A DNA stretch of 64,000 bases from Squalus acanthias. Its lineage: Eukaryota. Shown one piece after another: positions 61,601 to 64,000 of this stretch. Numbering within the stretch: position 1 is the stretch's first letter; every line of letters starts with the position of its first letter. The stretch spans positions 70,372,001 to 70,436,000 of the forward strand of contig CM059432.1 in assembly GCA_030390025.1 (NCBI GenBank), given 5' to 3'. Made by a program: the position numbers and the translations under genes. Under the pieces are notes generated by a model that had not been told where the DNA came from, did no database searches, and worked only from the letters and a program-made list of their open reading frames with translations.

Positions 61601-64000
61601 ATCGTACCACTACCAAAAATATATATTTCTGCATGACAAACCATGAAGAACACTATTGGCATTCACTATGAAGGTATATGTAGCGCAAGACCTGATCTGT
61701 TATTCCTAACCAGACCTTCATCCAGATTTTATTTTAAAAGGTGTCTTGTGACAATATTAACTCCTGGATAGAAAATAATTGTTCAATGAATACATCCAGG
61801 TATAAACATTCCTAACAAGTTCAGGATGACTGTATTTCAACACAGTTAAAATTGTTTGCATCAGGTGACCACTTCAATTTTGGCTCTTCCAGTTTTGTTT
61901 ACCACTATTTGCAGTTTTCAGGTCTGCTGATTTCAGAAAGCCTACTGTGAAACTGCACAGCAATTATAAGTTCTGCCGATCTGAACCATGAAATTTTAAA
62001 CATTTCGTTCAAGGTTTTGTGTTAGAAGACAGCAGTTTAACTTGTTTTTGGCAATGTAAGTTTAAAAAAAAAAGAAAAGTTTGTGATAAAATTTGCTCTG
62101 GGACATTTAAGCTGCATTGACCTTGTTTTACAAACTTTCTTGAAATACCATCCGATGGGGATCCAATCCTAAATTTTAAAGACTGGTTCAGTTACCCAAA
62201 AGAAAATAGCAGTATCATTGCAAAAATTATTTATTAGCGTAGAGCAAAATAAATAATATCTCAGTAAGTTTAAAAAAATACCAAATAAACAGAAATCTGA
62301 TCATCTTGCAAACCCAATTTTGAAAACGTGTGCCTTGCATCACTCCTGTTGGCAGCCTTTTTTTTTAACCAAAGGCGTGCTGAGCACCTCACCCACATGT
62401 ACAGCCAGTAATAATGTTTTTGTTTTCCGGGCCTGTATGCACCTTCAGTGGAAATCTAGTGGGCAGAAACAAAATTGGAATTCTGATTTTTCAAATAGCT
62501 ATATGTGCATGTTTGATGGTTCTTATGTTGCCACCTGTGCTGTGAAATCCACCCTGCATTATAGTAACTTCTGTTTGAAGCTTATATTTTATAGATATGC
62601 ATAACGTGACTTGGTTCAGTCAGCAGTCTTATCTCTGTCAGAAGGTTGTGTATTTGAGCCCATTTCAGGACTTCAGCATAAATTCTAGCCTGACATTCCT
62701 GGTTGACCTTGCACTCTTACTCCGATGCCACTGAACCACTTCTACGAACACTTCAGCTGCTACTCTGCCCCTCCATTGGCGACTGAGTCCACCCCTGCCC
62801 CAGTTTAGAAAACTGGATTGCTGCACATAAACTGAGACACATGAGGTCTGTACTGACTTCCCAATGCAGTAAGATGTCCACTTTGGGGAAGCAGTGAACC
62901 GTATTACACAGGGCTTCAATAAAGCTGAACCAATTGTTATAAGTTTCCCTGGGGGTAGTATTTTTGCGAGGGCTCAGAGGGTAAGGGGTCTGGATGTAAG
63001 TATAGCATTCAAAATAATTATTTCTAGCATCATTATATCCAATTATATCTACATTTTAAGGACATCTTTTCTCATGTTGTCCCTCTGCTACTTGGAACCT
63101 AGTTCTCTATAACAGCCATACCTAATGTTGTATTTATTCCCAGCATCATCATCTCTAATTGTATCAACACTTTAATTTTTCCCATTTTGTCCCACTGCTA
63201 CTTGGAATGTCACTGAGCAGATCTAATAACAAAATGTGGGTGCAGACAATAACAATGATAATGTCTAAATTTGAAATGAGATATACCAAAAACATTTATC
63301 AATATGTAGCTGCACTGTGTACGTAAAGTGTGATGTTGGCTCCTATTGAATTTATTGCAGTGACCGGGAACTTTATCGGATGGGATTAAAGGGAACATGT
63401 TATAACAATGAAGATAATGGAGGTACAGTATTAAATATTTGGTTAAATGTTGATGATTACTTCTAGTAGTGCCTCTACTGTGCTTTTTTTTCATCTTTTT
63501 TGTATGTATCCTTTTTCCAAGTTATGTTTAAGATTTTTGGAATGTGCATTTTGTTAGTGTTATGTTAAACAATAATAAAGGCATTTGACATTTCACTTGC
63601 ATTACTATACTTATAGGAAATTTCTCAGTGCTGTAGTATGTGAGCTGAAACTTTGGGAATGGGTGAAAAGACTGCCTCTGGGAGTACAGCATTCTTTGAA
63701 ACTGCTCGAAGTTAGAGTTTAAAACTGAAGTGTGTATCATAAATAAAATACATGTGTGGTAGTAACATAGAAATAAACTAAGCAATATCCAACACGAATC
63801 CTCTGTTTAAATCTTCTATTGTGCTGAGGGCATGACCATTCCCACTTTTACTTTGTCAGTTTGTGGACTGTGTTGAGACCCATTTAATTAACTAGCTTTT
63901 ATACTTTTAACTTTTGTATAATTAAGCTTTTTGGGTTGGGGCATTTGCTTATTTTCAGTGATATTTCACTTTCAGCAAATTCACTATTTTCAGTGTTTTA

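Noticed and set aside
57800..64000. Further TGS1 exons
   Set aside because: No convincing AG-bounded segment resembling the expected continuation was found by eye; probably beyond the window.

Overview
Vertebrate genomic DNA, almost certainly a shark or other elasmobranch, judged from its repeat content: HER1/CR1-type LINE tails, SacSINE1-like DeuSINEs and Penelope elements. The minus strand carries the complete coding sequence of TMEM68 (DIESL acyltransferase) in 6 coding exons (49720->9011, 993 nt, 330 aa). All introns are GT-AG with consistent phases. TMEM68 lies head-to-head with exon 1 of TGS1 (+, ATG 57694) across a short CpG-rich, ETS-site-containing bidirectional promoter. The introns are dense with nested mobile elements: one CR1 with an intact 983-aa ORF2, one full-length but mutated CR1, many CR1/L2/RTE/Penelope fragments, SINEs and TIR elements. 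Most notable observations: (1) two different CR1 subfamilies both end ORF1 with a U_UUA_AAC slippery heptamer plus stop, with ORF2 open in the -1 frame, suggesting programmed -1 ribosomal frameshifting; (2) non-coding TIR elements made of serial hairpins, with compensatory base changes between copies; (3) hammerhead-ribozyme-like cores in Penelope termini; (4) a dimeric tRNA-headed SINE with an RTE-like 3' part; (5) a duplicated 3' tail on the intact CR1. Repeat boundaries were read by eye and are approximate unless junction bases are quoted. No database searches or folding computations were run.
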